A DNA stretch of 64,000 nucleotides, taken from the NCBI GenBank assembly GCA_002269645.1, contig NIVC01000633.1, positions 124,001 to 188,000 on the forward strand. Direction: 5' to 3'. Made by a program: the position numbers and the translations under genes. Within the stretch, counting starts at the first letter, position 1; every line of letters starts with the position of its first letter. Source of the DNA: Macrostomum lignano. Its lineage: Eukaryota. The notes beneath the pieces are model-generated. The model did no database searches, had not been told where the DNA came from, and was given only the letters and a program-made list of their open reading frames with translations. Below, one piece after another: positions 19,399 to 31,393 of the stretch.

Positions 19399-20628
19399 TT
19401 ATTTTTTGTTAAACCGTGAAAGCAAAAGTTCTCTTGCTCTTTTATCGATATATTTTCTCTCAAGCATCTTGTCCAGGATGTTGACAAATTCTTTTCTATT
19501 TTCATCTTTCATTCCGGTCTTTGCTGCTCCTAGAAGAACCGCTACTCGCTTGTAGATTTCAGAAATTCCTTTTCCAGTTGAGGGCGGTTGGTCTTGGGGT
19601 TGTGGAGTTGGTTGGGCTTGTAGCTGCTGGGGAGGTGATGCAAAAGACTGCTCACTTTCAGAGATGGAACTGTCATGTGGTGCCTGTCTTTGTTGAGGTG
19701 TGAAAACTCTTTGCTTGATTCTGTTCATTCGATCTGGAGAGTGTTGTTCTAAGTGTTGCCAGTCTGTCGGGTTTTGTTTCTTATATTCAGCCACTTTCAA
19801 AGGGTCTAACTGCTCGAGTTGACTGAGTACTTGTTCTTCTATGGAATGTTGCTGCTGTTGTGGCGGTTGCTGTTGCTGTTGTGGTTGTTCTAGATATTTT
19901 ATGACTTCCGCCTGATCTGGCAAACCGAACCATTGTTTAAAGTGCTTGTACTTTTTGAATTTAGTCAGGTTGACACCGCTATCGTACATGTGTTTCAAAA
20001 CTTCTGGGACCTTTAGTATTTCTATATCTCTAACAAGAGAAAAAGTCACTAGATTTCTGTAGTTCTTTAGCTGCTTCTCAGAGATTTTCTCTTGGTTCTT
20101 GGTCATAAAAGTCAGTAAGGTGTCTGTGAAAGGAATTTTCATAGTTTCTGAGCCTTTGACAACAGAAATATTTTCCTTATTTATGTCGATATAATATTCC
20201 ACTGGTTCATTATAAATGTTTCTTCTCCACACACTTATTCCAAATACATATTTCCCATCATGTTCTACACGCTCTACTGGTCCAAAAATATTATCTGTCA
20301 CTTTTAGTTCCTGTTGTTGTGGTTGTGATTGTTGTGGTTGTGATTGTTGTGGTTGCGGTTGTGTCTGTGGTTGCGGCAGTATCTGTGGTGCTTCTGGAAT
20401 TTTGCCCAAAACCTTTTGCACTTGGGTTTCCTGTATGTCGTCGATAGTTTCTTTGACCTGATCAATATTTTTCTTAGCTTCTCCATACCCGGGCTTATGA
20501 AACTCTGTGGCTGCTTGGACAAACTCATTGTAGGATTGTTGCTCCTTATTTATTAGCCCGGTAACTCGTTTCTCTGCTTGTGCTAGCTTCTCCAATTCAG
20601 ATATCTGCTGTGTACTTTTTCGCTTCAT
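19399..20628 (-). CDS. Polinton-associated 409-aa protein, right copy
   Basis: Protein identical to 13474-14703. Confidence 0.7.
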   Translation of the reverse strand: MKRKSTQQISELEKLAQAEKRVTGLINKEQQSYNEFVQAATEFHKPGYGEAKKNIDQVKETIDDIQETQVQKVLGKIPEAPQILPQPQTQPQPQQSQPQQSQPQQQELKVTDNIFGPVERVEHDGKYVFGISVWRRNIYNEPVEYYIDINKENISVVKGSETMKIPFTDTLLTFMTKNQEKISEKQLKNYRNLVTFSLVRDIEILKVPEVLKHMYDSGVNLTKFKKYKHFKQWFGLPDQAEVIKYLEQPQQQQQPPQQQQHSIEEQVLSQLEQLDPLKVAEYKKQNPTDWQHLEQHSPDRMNRIKQRVFTPQQRQAPHDSSISESEQSFASPPQQLQAQPTPQPQDQPPSTGKGISEIYKRVAVLLGAAKTGMKDENRKEFVNILDKMLERKYIDKRARELLLSRFNKK

Positions 20629-20658
20629 TTCTTATTTTATTTTATTTTTAGTTAAAAA

Positions 20659-21945
20659 ATGAACGACCCACTGACACCAGTTTTCTACAAAATTAACAAG
20701 CCTATTTTGAGTGATAATAGCACAATCAAAGCGACTCAGGTAAGAGTTCCCAGTCAGGAAAATCAGAATGAAACTAATCTTGGTCCTGGCCAAACACTGA
20801 CATTTACATACAATGGATGTTCGTCTTTGGTTAGTGTGCACAGTCTTAAGAGCGGCTTCCAAATGACATTTCAATTCAAGACAAAAGGTGGTGCGGATGC
20901 GGCTCGTGCTAACGTTGACAAGCATGATGCGGATGTGGCTCTGATCAGTAACTTTTGGGCGTACATGTTCAAGGAGTTTAGTGTATCGAATGGGAGCACT
21001 GAGTTGGAGCGAATCGCCAACTTTGGAATTGTCTATGACGCTCATTGTTTAATCGAGAATCCTGATTTTATTCAATTGGGAAGTGGTGCGGGTTTTATCG
21101 CAGATGAAAAAGAAGGAGACATCAATGACAGTGGTTATAAAAATAGGAAGAAGAGATACAACTATGCATTGCAAGGTGCTGATGATGCTGCTAAGAACCC
21201 GCTGTATCGGTCTGTTGATGTATTTGTACCATTGAGATTCATGAGTGGATTCTGTAATACATTTAATCGACTGACTAGTAACTTTAGCTACACATTTAGA
21301 CTGACTAGAGATGATCGCAGTAGAGTGTTGTGGACTGGGGCGGACCACACTGGGATGGCTGTGAAGCTAACCGGAATCGAGCTGTATTTGGAAGTCATTG
21401 AGCCAAAGACTGCACTAAAAGCGGATTATCTCAAGGCAATAGAGAAGGACATTGATGTTGCATACACGGCCTACATGTGTCGAGATGAGCGAAACGAAAC
21501 TAGAACAAACATCTGCATTAAAGAGGGATCATGCAGCAATCCAAGGTATATCATTATTAATATGAGAAACCCAAATAGCATTATACGCTACATGCATGGA
21601 GACGTGCGGTCCATTCAGCATGAAATCAGTGATAATCTTTACCCTGCACTGCCACAAAATGGAGATTTCAGTCAGAACAAGATTAGCAAATTTTACAGCG
21701 AGTTGGTCGACTTGGCTGTGAAAGAGAACAATGGAATTGCTATCACTGCTCTTCAATATGGAACTCTATATCCGATGTTTGGCGCTGATGTGTCTGCCAG
21801 ACAAATGCCTACTGATAACAGCCCTGTGAATATCGTGACTAACATTGAGAGGACTGCCGCAACACCCGTGGACTTGTACATTATCTATGCATTTGAGAGG
21901 AAGGTGAAGCTTAACATGATCAACAATTCATCCAGTAAAGTTTAA
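20659..21945 (+). CDS. Major capsid protein, right copy
   Basis: Identical to the left copy except SGFHM versus SGFQM. Confidence 0.78.
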   Translation: MNDPLTPVFYKINKPILSDNSTIKATQVRVPSQENQNETNLGPGQTLTFTYNGCSSLVSVHSLKSGFQMTFQFKTKGGADAARANVDKHDADVALISNFWAYMFKEFSVSNGSTELERIANFGIVYDAHCLIENPDFIQLGSGAGFIADEKEGDINDSGYKNRKKRYNYALQGADDAAKNPLYRSVDVFVPLRFMSGFCNTFNRLTSNFSYTFRLTRDDRSRVLWTGADHTGMAVKLTGIELYLEVIEPKTALKADYLKAIEKDIDVAYTAYMCRDERNETRTNICIKEGSCSNPRYIIINMRNPNSIIRYMHGDVRSIQHEISDNLYPALPQNGDFSQNKISKFYSELVDLAVKENNGIAITALQYGTLYPMFGADVSARQMPTDNSPVNIVTNIERTAATPVDLYIIYAFERKVKLNMINNSSSKV

Positions 21946-21965
21946 ATATTTTTTTAGGACAAAAA

Positions 21966-22829
21966 ATGGAAGCTATAGCCGAAAGACTAAACAACATTGT
22001 TTCACACTCTAAGGAGAGCATTCCTATTACAATAACCGGGCGAATTAATGACTCAAACGGGATATTTGTTGAAAAATTAGAGCAGGCGATTCGCCTGGAT
22101 CCTGGCGCTAATTACCATGTCTATCTTAACGACTTCACTGGTTGGTCAAACGTTCCCAATGTGATGGCAGCAAATAATAAGTTTTATTACAAATGGAAAG
22201 GTGCAGCAGCAGACCCTGTGGTATTCCATGTGAGCACGCAAAGTGTGGATACCTACAATAACTTTCTAGAAAATGTCTTTACTAAGAGAGGCCATTTTGA
22301 GACACCTGATGCGAGTAAGCCAGAGAAGAAACTGTTCCCTGTCAAACTAACCTATGATCTCACTGTAATGAGAGTGGTCATGCAAGTTCACAAAGATGCG
22401 GAGGTTGAGTTTAAAGATGACACTTGGTATAGGGAACTGGGATTCGAGAAGAAAGTTTATAAGGCAGAATCCGCGGCGCGGACCGCCACTCAAGCATCGG
22501 GGACCGTTAAAATGGCCCGGGAAAACGTAAGCGGTTTGTTCTTAGCACCCAATATTGCAGACATTGTAAAGGGTTTGAATATTCTAATCAGAAGTAATCT
22601 CAGTCTTGATTGGGTATTTAAGGGAAAGCGAACTAATATTTTGTACAACATCTCCAACTCTGTAGCTGGAGGACAGATGGTGGTAGAGAAACCAAATCCA
22701 GTGAAAAGAGTTGTATTGAGTAATAAGGAGATTCACGAGATTGTGCTACAGTTTGAGACTGAAGATGGGATGGGTGTTGATTTCAACGGTGAAGAGTTTG
22801 TATTGACGTTGATCATTGAGAGAATGTAA
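21966..22829 (+). CDS. Minor capsid protein, right copy
   Basis: Protein identical to 11273-12136. Confidence 0.8.
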   Translation: MEAIAERLNNIVSHSKESIPITITGRINDSNGIFVEKLEQAIRLDPGANYHVYLNDFTGWSNVPNVMAANNKFYYKWKGAAADPVVFHVSTQSVDTYNNFLENVFTKRGHFETPDASKPEKKLFPVKLTYDLTVMRVVMQVHKDAEVEFKDDTWYRELGFEKKVYKAESAARTATQASGTVKMARENVSGLFLAPNIADIVKGLNILIRSNLSLDWVFKGKRTNILYNISNSVAGGQMVVEKPNPVKRVVLSNKEIHEIVLQFETEDGMGVDFNGEEFVLTLIIERM

Positions 22830-22833
22830 GAAA

Positions 22834-23070
22834 TCACAATTGCTTAATGATTTCTGCAAAGTTATAGTAGCTGTCGTAATCGTTAATGACTACTCCATAC
22901 TTATGAAACCAATGTCTTTGGAGAGCTAGATTAATATTAGGGACATTGATTTGAACGTCGGGCCAATATTTTCTCATGTACTCGCTGCATTCCTTCTTGC
23001 ATTGGTACTTGGATTTGTACAATGGATTAGGCTGAGTATAATAAGAACCTGGAGAGACAACTGGAAACAT
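22834..23070 (-). CDS. Element ORF-a, 78-aa hypothetical protein (right copy)
   Basis: Identical to 11032-11268. Confidence 0.55.
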   Translation of the reverse strand: MFPVVSPGSYYTQPNPLYKSKYQCKKECSEYMRKYWPDVQINVPNINLALQRHWFHKYGVVINDYDSYYNFAEIIKQL

Positions 23071-23606
23071 TTTTAGAGAAAAATTAGATTTTTTTCAATG
23101 GGTAAGGACCCTGCGCTGATGATTTAAAGTTTTAGGGATCTGGTTTCGCGTTGCAAATTGAATGTGGGAAGAAGAATGCAGATTATTTTCTGATTGTTTC
23201 GAAGATGCTATGGGTGGATGTCGGTGTCAATGAGCATAACAGGTGTTAGTGGACATCTGTTATGCTCTGATTCTGTCAGGGATAGTAATGGATGGATTTA
23301 ATAGGATTATGTTCGAAGTTTTCGGAGCAAGTGCGACCCCTCCACTTTTTCATGATTCTGCCGGGGATAATATGGATGGATTTAATGGGATTATGGAGGA
23401 CGTTTTGTGAGCGAGTGCGACCCCCCTTTTTTTCTGATTCTGTCAGGGATAATATGGATGGATTTAATGGGATTATGGAGGACGTTTTGTGAGCGAGTGC
23501 AACCCCCCTTTTTTTCTGATTCTGTCGGGAATAATATAGATGGATTTAGGTGGATTATGGAGGAGGTGAAAAATTTTGTCCCAGAAGCCCCCTCATGACT
23601 TCTACT

Positions 23607-24903
23607 CCACTGTCGCTTCAGGTGTGATGAGTTGGACATCGGGTTGCCACTGTCGCTTCAGGTGCGATGAGTTGGACATCGGGTTGCCACTGTCGCTTCA
23701 GGTGCGATGAGTTGGACATTGGGTTGCCACTGTCGCTTCAGGTGTGTGATGAGTTGGACATTGGGTTGCCACTGTCGCTTCAGGTGTGATGAGTTGGACA
23801 TTGGGTTGCCACTGTCGCTTCAGGTGTGTGATGAGTTGGACATTGGGTTGCCACTGTCGCTTCAGGTGTGTGATGAGTTGGACATCGGGTTGCCACTGTC
23901 GCTTCAGGTGTGATGAGTTGGACATTGGGTTGCCACTGTCGCTTCAGGTGTGTGATGAGTTGGACATTGGGTTGCCACTGTCACTTCAGGTGTGTGATGA
24001 GTTGGACATCGGGTTGCCACTGTCGCTTCAGGTGCGATGAGTTGGACATTGGGTTGCCACTGTCACTTCAGGTGTGTGATGAGTTGGACATCGGGTTGCC
24101 ACTGTCACTTCAGGTGTGTGATGAGTTGGACATCGGGTTGCCACTGTCGCTTCAGGTGCGATGAGTTGGACATCGGGTTGCCACTTTCGCTTCAGGTGTG
24201 ATGAGTTGGACATCGGGTTGCCACTGTCGCTTCAGGTGGGATGAGTTGGACATCGGGTTGCCACTGTCGCTTCAGGTGTGATGAGTTGGACATCGGGTTG
24301 CCACTGTCGCTTCAGGTGCGATGAGTTGGACATTGGGTTGCCACTGTCGCTTCAGGTGTGTGATGAGTTGGACATTGGGTTGCCACTGTCGCTTCAGGTG
24401 TGATGAGTTGGACATTGGGTTGCCACTGTCGCTTCAGGTGTGTGATGAGTTGGACATTGGGTTGCCACTGTCGCTTCAGGTGTGTGATGAGTTGGACATC
24501 GGGTTGCCACTGTCGCTTCAGGTGTGATGAGTTGGACATTGGGTTGCCACTGTCGCTTCAGGTGTGTGATGAGTTGGACATTGGGTTGCCACTGTCACTT
24601 CAGGTGTGTGATGAGTTGGACATCGGGTTGCCACTGTCGCTTCAGGTGCGATGAGTTGGACATTGGGTTGCCACTGTCACTTCAGGTGTGTGATGAGTTG
24701 GACATCGGGTTGCCACTGTCACTTCAGGTGTGTGATGAGTTGGACATCGGGTTGCCACTGTCGCTTCAGGTGCGATGAGTTGGACATCGGGTTGCCACTT
24801 TCGCTTCAGGTGTGATGAGTTGGACATCGGGTTGCCACTGTCGCTTCAGGTGGGATGAGTTGGACATCGGGTTGCCACTGTCGCTTCAGGTGTGATGAGT
24901 TGG
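23607..24903. repeat. 40/42-bp satellite, right part of the interrupted array
   Basis: Same unit and orientation as 8414-10496, about 31 copies, with a 614-bp higher-order duplication. Confidence 0.95.
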
Positions 24904-25646
24904 CAGTTACTCAACAATGAGAGTCTCGCCTAAAAGAAAGGCAACAGCAAGGCACCATGGAAAGCCTGCAAGCAATCACACCTCAGATTTCTGTGTGAAG
25001 CATGCAGAATATGCAGAAGCAATCGTCTGCCGTATTCTTAGGATTTGCAAAGTACAGCCGCCAGCCACTCAGACAAGAGAAATAAAAAAAATATTTCCGG
25101 AGACGCAGTCCGGAATACACAAATGCTTATTTCCCACGGTTCACGCCTAAGCCTCTTGGCTAGGATAAAATTTCTGATATTTCTCAGAAAACACGAATGG
25201 CAGGCAGCTGCAACACAAGGGTCCAGATTCCAGCCAGCCAGACACTGCCTCATCGAATCTCGGACAGAATTACTTCGAAAATGCGAAAAAAGCAGACGGG
25301 GAAGCCAAGCTCGAATGTAGCAAGCAGAACATGCAAATATTAGTGAATTCGCGTCTGCAAGCTTTTCTCCGAAAATTGCAACTTCTGAGGTGGCTGCAGC
25401 AATTCTTCCTGTAGCCGAAATTTCTGTTTCTGGTCATAAATGGATTGCTTTACCTGCCTGTTGCTGCTACTTAATTACCCATCAAAATTGCAGCTGCTGC
25501 TATGCACAAATTGTAGCGAAGTGCTAAATGGCTGTTGGCGTTTTAAATTTCAAAAATATATTGCTCTGCTATAGCTGCAGCCGTGCAGGTTCAGTTACAG
25601 GACAAAGTAGTTCCCGCCTCGAAACTTCCCCTACCACCAAACCGAT

Positions 25647-25777
25647 CCGATCTAGAACTGGCGCCACTCCGATCTAGAACTGGCGCCACTCCGATCTAGA
25701 ACTGGCGCCACTCCGATCTAGAACTGGCGTCACTCCGATCTAGAACTGGCGCCACACCGATCTAGAAGTGGCGCCAG
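25647..25777. repeat. 22-bp minisatellite (~6 copies)
   Basis: Unit CCGATCTAGAACTGGCGCCACT. Confidence 0.88.
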
Positions 25778-26916
25778 CCAGTTAGAGGCTTAGAATCTGA
25801 GGCCCAGAACTGAAGCCTGAACAATTTCCCAACTCGCACTTCTGTCAGTTTGTGCTTTGTGCTTGCCACTTGCGCAACTCTGTCAGGCTGCTGTAAAAAA
25901 TCCACACTGTTCCAGGGCGAGCTTATAAAGCCCAGACAAAGCTGCAAAAGCATCTTGCATTGATTCCAGCTCCGAATCCTTACATGATTACACAGCTGGC
26001 TTGCTAAAGAAAGGTTAAGCATTCAAATTAGTGTCGATTTCGAAGCAATTTCCCTTGCCCCACCCACCATAAAGTCGAGTGTCGAATCGCACTGCTTTAG
26101 GTCTTAGTTTGGATTTTGAATGGAGCAAATATATGGTCTCGGAGTGGGGGCTTCCTATTCCGATGCTTTAGCGCCCCTTGGCTGCCACCAACGCTTCAGA
26201 GCAATCTGCCTTCTTTGCCCCAAAAGTTTGGTGGTTTATTTGCCCAATTTCTTTATGTTGGTTTATTTGCTCCACCACCGCGAGGGGCCGAGGGCTCTTT
26301 TTACAGAGTTTTACGGGCGGCGGCGGCGGCAGCGGGGACCAGCCTAAAGGCGGCTTCTTTTTGTTGTTCTGTTGGAGGGTTTCGCTTACGGTGGGGGGAG
26401 CGATTGGGGGTATTCGGGGGAGGCGGAATTTACCGACCGCGACTTCCGACGTTGATTAATGACGGGGGCTTGCCCAGGCCTTCTCTCTCACGCCTCAGGA
26501 GGCCAGGCCAGTGGGGGGGGGGAGGGGAGCCCCAGAGAAAATTGCCCTGGGCCGAGGCATGCGCTTGGGCGTGGAAGAATTCTCCTGGTGTCACGCTGGG
26601 CTTAAAACGAATGAGCGGACTAGAATACGGGGGTGGGTTGGGGGGCTGGCTGTTCAGCCAATAGCGGCAGGCCTGTCCCGCTCTGTGCGTACATTGCAAT
26701 TTAGGAGCCCTGAACCAACCGCAACCCCCCACAAGGCGGCCGGCCCTCCACGCACTCACTCTCTGAAATTATCTGAATTATATAGGCAAACGCAAACAAG
26801 ACATTGAACAAGAGCAAGAGTCAATGACACTCCCTCTAAGAAGTTATCCAGCCACGAAACCGAGTCAGGCTGAAACTCCCTGATTTCCCCTGCAACTGAA
26901 GTGCGAAACAAAGGCA

Positions 26917-28542
26917 ATGCAGCTGCGTTGCCGTCCACGACCACAGCCCCTGCTGCTACTGCTGCTACTATGCTGGCTGGTCCTCTGCCGGGCCCAGCTA
27001 GGCGACCTGCGCGGTGATCCAGAAGATCTGGGCCGACCGCCGCAGTGCAACCCAGTGGATATAACTGTGCCAATGTGCAAAGGCCTGAACTACAGCAGCA
27101 CATCGGACCATTTGGCTCTGGGCACGCAGAACGATGTGGCCACTCTGCTGCACCAGTTCAGCGAACTGATCAAAGCGCGCTGCGCACCTTTCCTGCGCCT
27201 GTTCGTCTGCTCCATGCACCTGCCATTCTGCAACGAGCAGCAGCATCTGTTGGTGCGGCCGTGTCGCGAGTTCTGTTTCAGAATACGCGGTCTCTGCGAG
27301 CCGGTGATGCAGACCCACGGCTACGGCTGGCCTGACCGCCTGGCCTGCGAGCCGCTGCCGTCCAGCAAGTCCAAGCACCTCTGCCTGGTGCCGAAGCACG
27401 ACGAATTCAACGCCGAGCTGGACAACTTGAAGCAGCGCAAGTACCCGTTCGGTGTCCACCATGTCGGCATGGAGGACCGGCCGAACCGGCCTCTGCCGCC
27501 GCCGCCACCGCCGCCGCCGCAGCAGCCGCCGCCGAGAAACCGCAGCGGCGCCGAGTCACCTTCGGGTGCCAGACAGTGCTCGGCCGCCGAGGTCCGGCTC
27601 GGCCAGGAGCCCAACAGCTCCTGTGCGCCGCGGTGCCACGCCAGCCTGCTGTTTTCTGCCGAGGACAAGCAGCTGGCCTCTGTGTGGATGACGCTGTGGG
27701 CCAGCCTCTGCCTGGCCTGCACCGGCATGGCCGTGGCCACCTTCCTGCTGGACAGCGACCGCTTCAAGTTCCCCGAGCGGCCCATCGTGTGGGTGGCGGT
27801 CTGCTACGCCGTGTACTCCGCAGCGCACCTGCTGCGGGCCTTCCTGGGCCCCGACCTGGCCTGCAGTAGCCACCGCTTGGACGGCCGGGACCGGCACTTG
27901 GTCAGCCAGTACGCCGGCCAATGGTGCGCCGCGGTGTTCCTCCTGCTGTACAGCAGCTGGCTGGCCGGCCTGCTGTGGTGGCTGGCCCTCACAATCTGCT
28001 GGTACCTGTGCGCGGTCAAGAAGTGGGCGCACGAGGCCCTGTCGGCCAAGTCGGTGTGGATGCACCTGGCGGCCTGGGGCCTCCCCCTGCTGCTCAGCGT
28101 ACTGCTGCTGGTGCTGCACCGCATCGAGGCCGACGAGCTCACCCACCTGTGCGTGGTGGACGGCTCGCAGCCCTTCAACCTGGTCGCCTTCGTCATCGGG
28201 CCTTGCGCCGGCTCCTTGCTGCTGGGCCTGGGCTTTCTGACCTGCGGCCTCTGCTCGTCTGTGACCGTCCGCGACAGCCTCAAATGGAGCGGCAACCTCG
28301 GCTTCCGCCGGCTGGAGAAGCTGATGACGAAGATCAGCCTGTTCTCCTTCCTGTTCGTCTTGCCCACCCTGTGCGTGCTGTCGGCGGCCTTCTACGAGCT
28401 GGCGGAGCGGCCCGGCTGGGCTGCCAGCCTGCGGGCCGTGCTGGCCAAGCCGCACTGCGCCGAGGCCTCCGGGCTGCGGCTGGACCTCGGCGCCGACTGC
28501 AGCCCCGAGCGCCGGCCCTCTTCTGCGCTGTACATGCTCAAG
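26917..28542 (+). CDS. fzd: Frizzled receptor, coding exon 1 (signal peptide, CRD, TM1-6)
   Basis: Leu-rich signal peptide; 10-Cys CRD (CNPVDITVPMC...CEPVMQTHGYGWPDRLAC...HLC); RFKFPERPI; HLAAWGLP; LEKLM. Donor AAG|GTTGGT at 28543. Confidence 0.93.
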
Positions 28543-28661
28543 GTTGGTGCTCACTCAGGCCACATCGCCTCCTTAGACGAATGATCTAAGTCCCAAGATC
28601 CATTCAAACTAATGATCCCAACTGAACTATAATTTGCGTCAAAACGATCTCATTCCCGCAG

Positions 28662-28985
28662 GTGTTCATGTCGCTGGCTGCGGGCCTACCGGCCGGCTTG
28701 GTCGTCTGGGTCAACGGCAAGTCGCTGGAGGCGTGGCGTCGCTGCTTCTGCCAGGTGCTGCTCCGCCGGAAGTCGTCTTTTGGAGGCGGCCGCCGACGCG
28801 CCGGTGGCAGCGCTGGCGGCGTCCCCTATGCGTCGGTGGCGCGGCGCGGCGGCGTCGTCGGCTTGCCGAATCAGCGGACACCCAGCTGTGGAGTCAGCGG
28901 CATCGGCAGCGGTGGCGGCTGCGCCTCCTCTAGGAAGGGCGGTCGGCTGACCGGCAGCTGCTCGGCGAGCACCTCTCAGGTGTGA
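28662..28985 (+). CDS. fzd: Frizzled receptor, coding exon 2 (TM7, KSxxxW, PDZ-type C-terminus)
   Basis: Acceptor CATTCCCGCAG at 28661; VFMSLAAG...WVNGKSLEAWRR; ends ...TSQV*. Total about 649 aa. Confidence 0.88.
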   Translation: MFMSLAAGLPAGLVVWVNGKSLEAWRRCFCQVLLRRKSSFGGGRRRAGGSAGGVPYASVARRGGVVGLPNQRTPSCGVSGIGSGGGCASSRKGGRLTGSCSASTSQV

Positions 28986-29064
28986 CTCGGAGCGATTCGG
29001 ACTCTAGGAGATGCCAAGTGCGTATATTGGACATGTATGTGTTGCTGAGTTCGAGCACAGCGAC

Positions 29065-30308
29065 TCCCGATCCCCGGATTATCAGTGACCTTTATTTCAG
29101 ATCCCTAGATTATCAGTGACCTTGATTCCCGATCCCCGGATTATCAGTGACCTTGATTTCAGATCCCCGGATTATTTGTGACCTTGATTTCAGATCCCCG
29201 GATTATCAGTGACCTTTATTTCAGATCCACGGATTATCAGTGACCTTGATTTCAGATCCACGGATTATCAGTGACCTTGATTTCAGATCCCCGGATTATC
29301 AGTGACCTTGATTTCAGATCCACGGATTATCAGTGACCTTGATTTCAGATCCACGGATTATCAGTGACCTTGATTCCCGATCCCCGGATTATCAGTGACC
29401 TTGATTCCCGATCCCCGGATTATCAGTGACCTTGATTCCGAATCCCCGGATTATCAGCGACCTTGATTCCCGATCCCCGGATTATCAGCGACCTTGATTC
29501 CCGATCCCCGGATTATCAGTGACCTTGATTCCCGATCCTTGGACTATCAGTGAACTTGATTCCTAATCCCCGGATTATCAGCGACCTTGATTCCCGATCC
29601 CCGGATTATCAGTGACCTTGATTCCCGATCCCCGGATTATCAGTGAACTTGAAAGTTTTTTCCTAATCCCCGGATTATCAGTGAACTTGATTCCCGATCC
29701 TTGGACTATCAGTGAACTTGATTCCCGATCCTTGGACTATCAGTGAACTTGATTCCCGATCCTTGGACTATCAGTGAACTTGATTCCGATCCCCGGATTA
29801 TCAGTGAACTTGATTCCCGATCCCCGGATTATCAGTGAACTTGATTCCCGACCCCCGGATTATCAGTGAACTTGATTCCCGATCCCCGGATTATCAGTGA
29901 ACTTGAAAGTTTATTCCTAATACTCCGGATTATCAGTGAACTTGATTCCCGATCCCCGGATTATCAGTGACCTTGATTCTGAATCCCCGGATTATCAGCG
30001 ACCTTGATTCCCGATCCCCGGATTATCAGTGAACTTGATTCCCGAACTCCGGATTATCAGTGAACTTGATTCCCGAACTCCGGATTATCAGTGAACTTGA
30101 AAGGTTATTCCTAATCCCCGGATTATCAGTGAACTTGAAAGTTTATTCCTAATCCCCGGATTATCAGTGAACTTGAAAGTTTATTCCTAATCCCCGGATT
30201 ATCAGTGAACTTGAAAGTTTATTCCTAATCCCCGGATTATCAGTGAACTTGATTCCCGATCCTCTGATTATCAGTGAACTTGATTCCCGATCCCCGGATT
30301 ATCAATGA
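29065..30308. repeat. 31-bp minisatellite (~40 copies) downstream of frizzled
   Basis: Unit GATCCCCGGATTATCAGTGA(C/A)CTTGATTCCC with variants. Confidence 0.93.
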
Positions 30309-31088
30309 CCGGAAACCGCAATGCCTCACTGCAATACACAAAGACTTCGTGTTAATTCATGGAATTATTGCAAACTCTACATGAGAAGTTATTTTTTCGG
30401 ACCACACGTACGCACATCACACTCTGGCTTTTGCCTGGCTTTGCTGAAGAAATATATAATTTTTGCTAGCTAAATCTGCTTCCTCTTAATCTGTATTTAA
30501 TCTGCTTCCGCCAACGTCTGTGTACAATTAGCTCACCCGCTAACTGCCGCTGGCCTCTTCAAGTTTAATATGCATTTTGGCGGTCCTTGTTCATAACTGC
30601 AATTCTCATACCGTACAAACTATGCAAGTGCTGCCCGCCGGCCTGAGTCTCTGTTTTTATAGCATTGAAAAAACCTGTTTTGCAATTTCAATCTAAATAT
30701 AGTTGGAAATTTAAAATGCTTCAGTCTTGAAGCTGGCAGCAACTCTCTGCTGTCTGCGCTTTGCTACGAAAAATTATTATTCAAAAGATTATTTTTTTTG
30801 TTACTTTCTTTTCAAGCAGGTGCATCCAAAGTTAATCCCGGGGATTAGTGACCCCTGGATCCGCCATTACGAATTTTTCTATGTTAGGCCCACTTTCAAG
30901 CGACGATAAAACTATTAAAGTGATGAAGGATCGGGTTATGTCCCTGCGAGGAGTAATGACGCCCTTGATTATCACAGAAGGTGCCTAGTTCGGGTGACCT
31001 CTATTGACCCCTCCGCGTCTGGGTCTGTAGTTGATTTCGAGTAATAAGTCATGTCTGCCTGCTCTCCTCTCCGATCACATGTCAGTTT

Positions 31089-31393
<305 letters not shown>

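Larger units (their letters stand above)
10497..23606. mobile_element. Defective, near-palindromic Polinton/Maverick (adintovirus-like) element, 13,110 bp
   Basis: Ends AGTAGAAG...CTTCTACT, 6-bp TSD CCACTG (10491-10496 and 23607-23612). Encodes jelly-roll-type capsids, an A32/FtsK-type ATPase, an adenain-like protease and a pPolB C-terminal remnant. No integrase ORF is seen. Confidence 0.92.
18754..23606 (-). repeat. Right arm of the ~4.8-kb inverted repeat (4853 bp)
   Basis: 22 bp longer than the left arm: one extra 21-bp unit plus one extra base in a homopolymer. Confidence 0.95.

Noticed and set aside
10497-23606. Inverted duplication as a pure sequencing artefact (missed-adapter palindrome)
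   Set aside because: Flanks are in direct orientation with a TSD, the arms differ in substitutions and repeat number, and there is a 3.4-kb unique core. Raw-read confirmation is still advisable.
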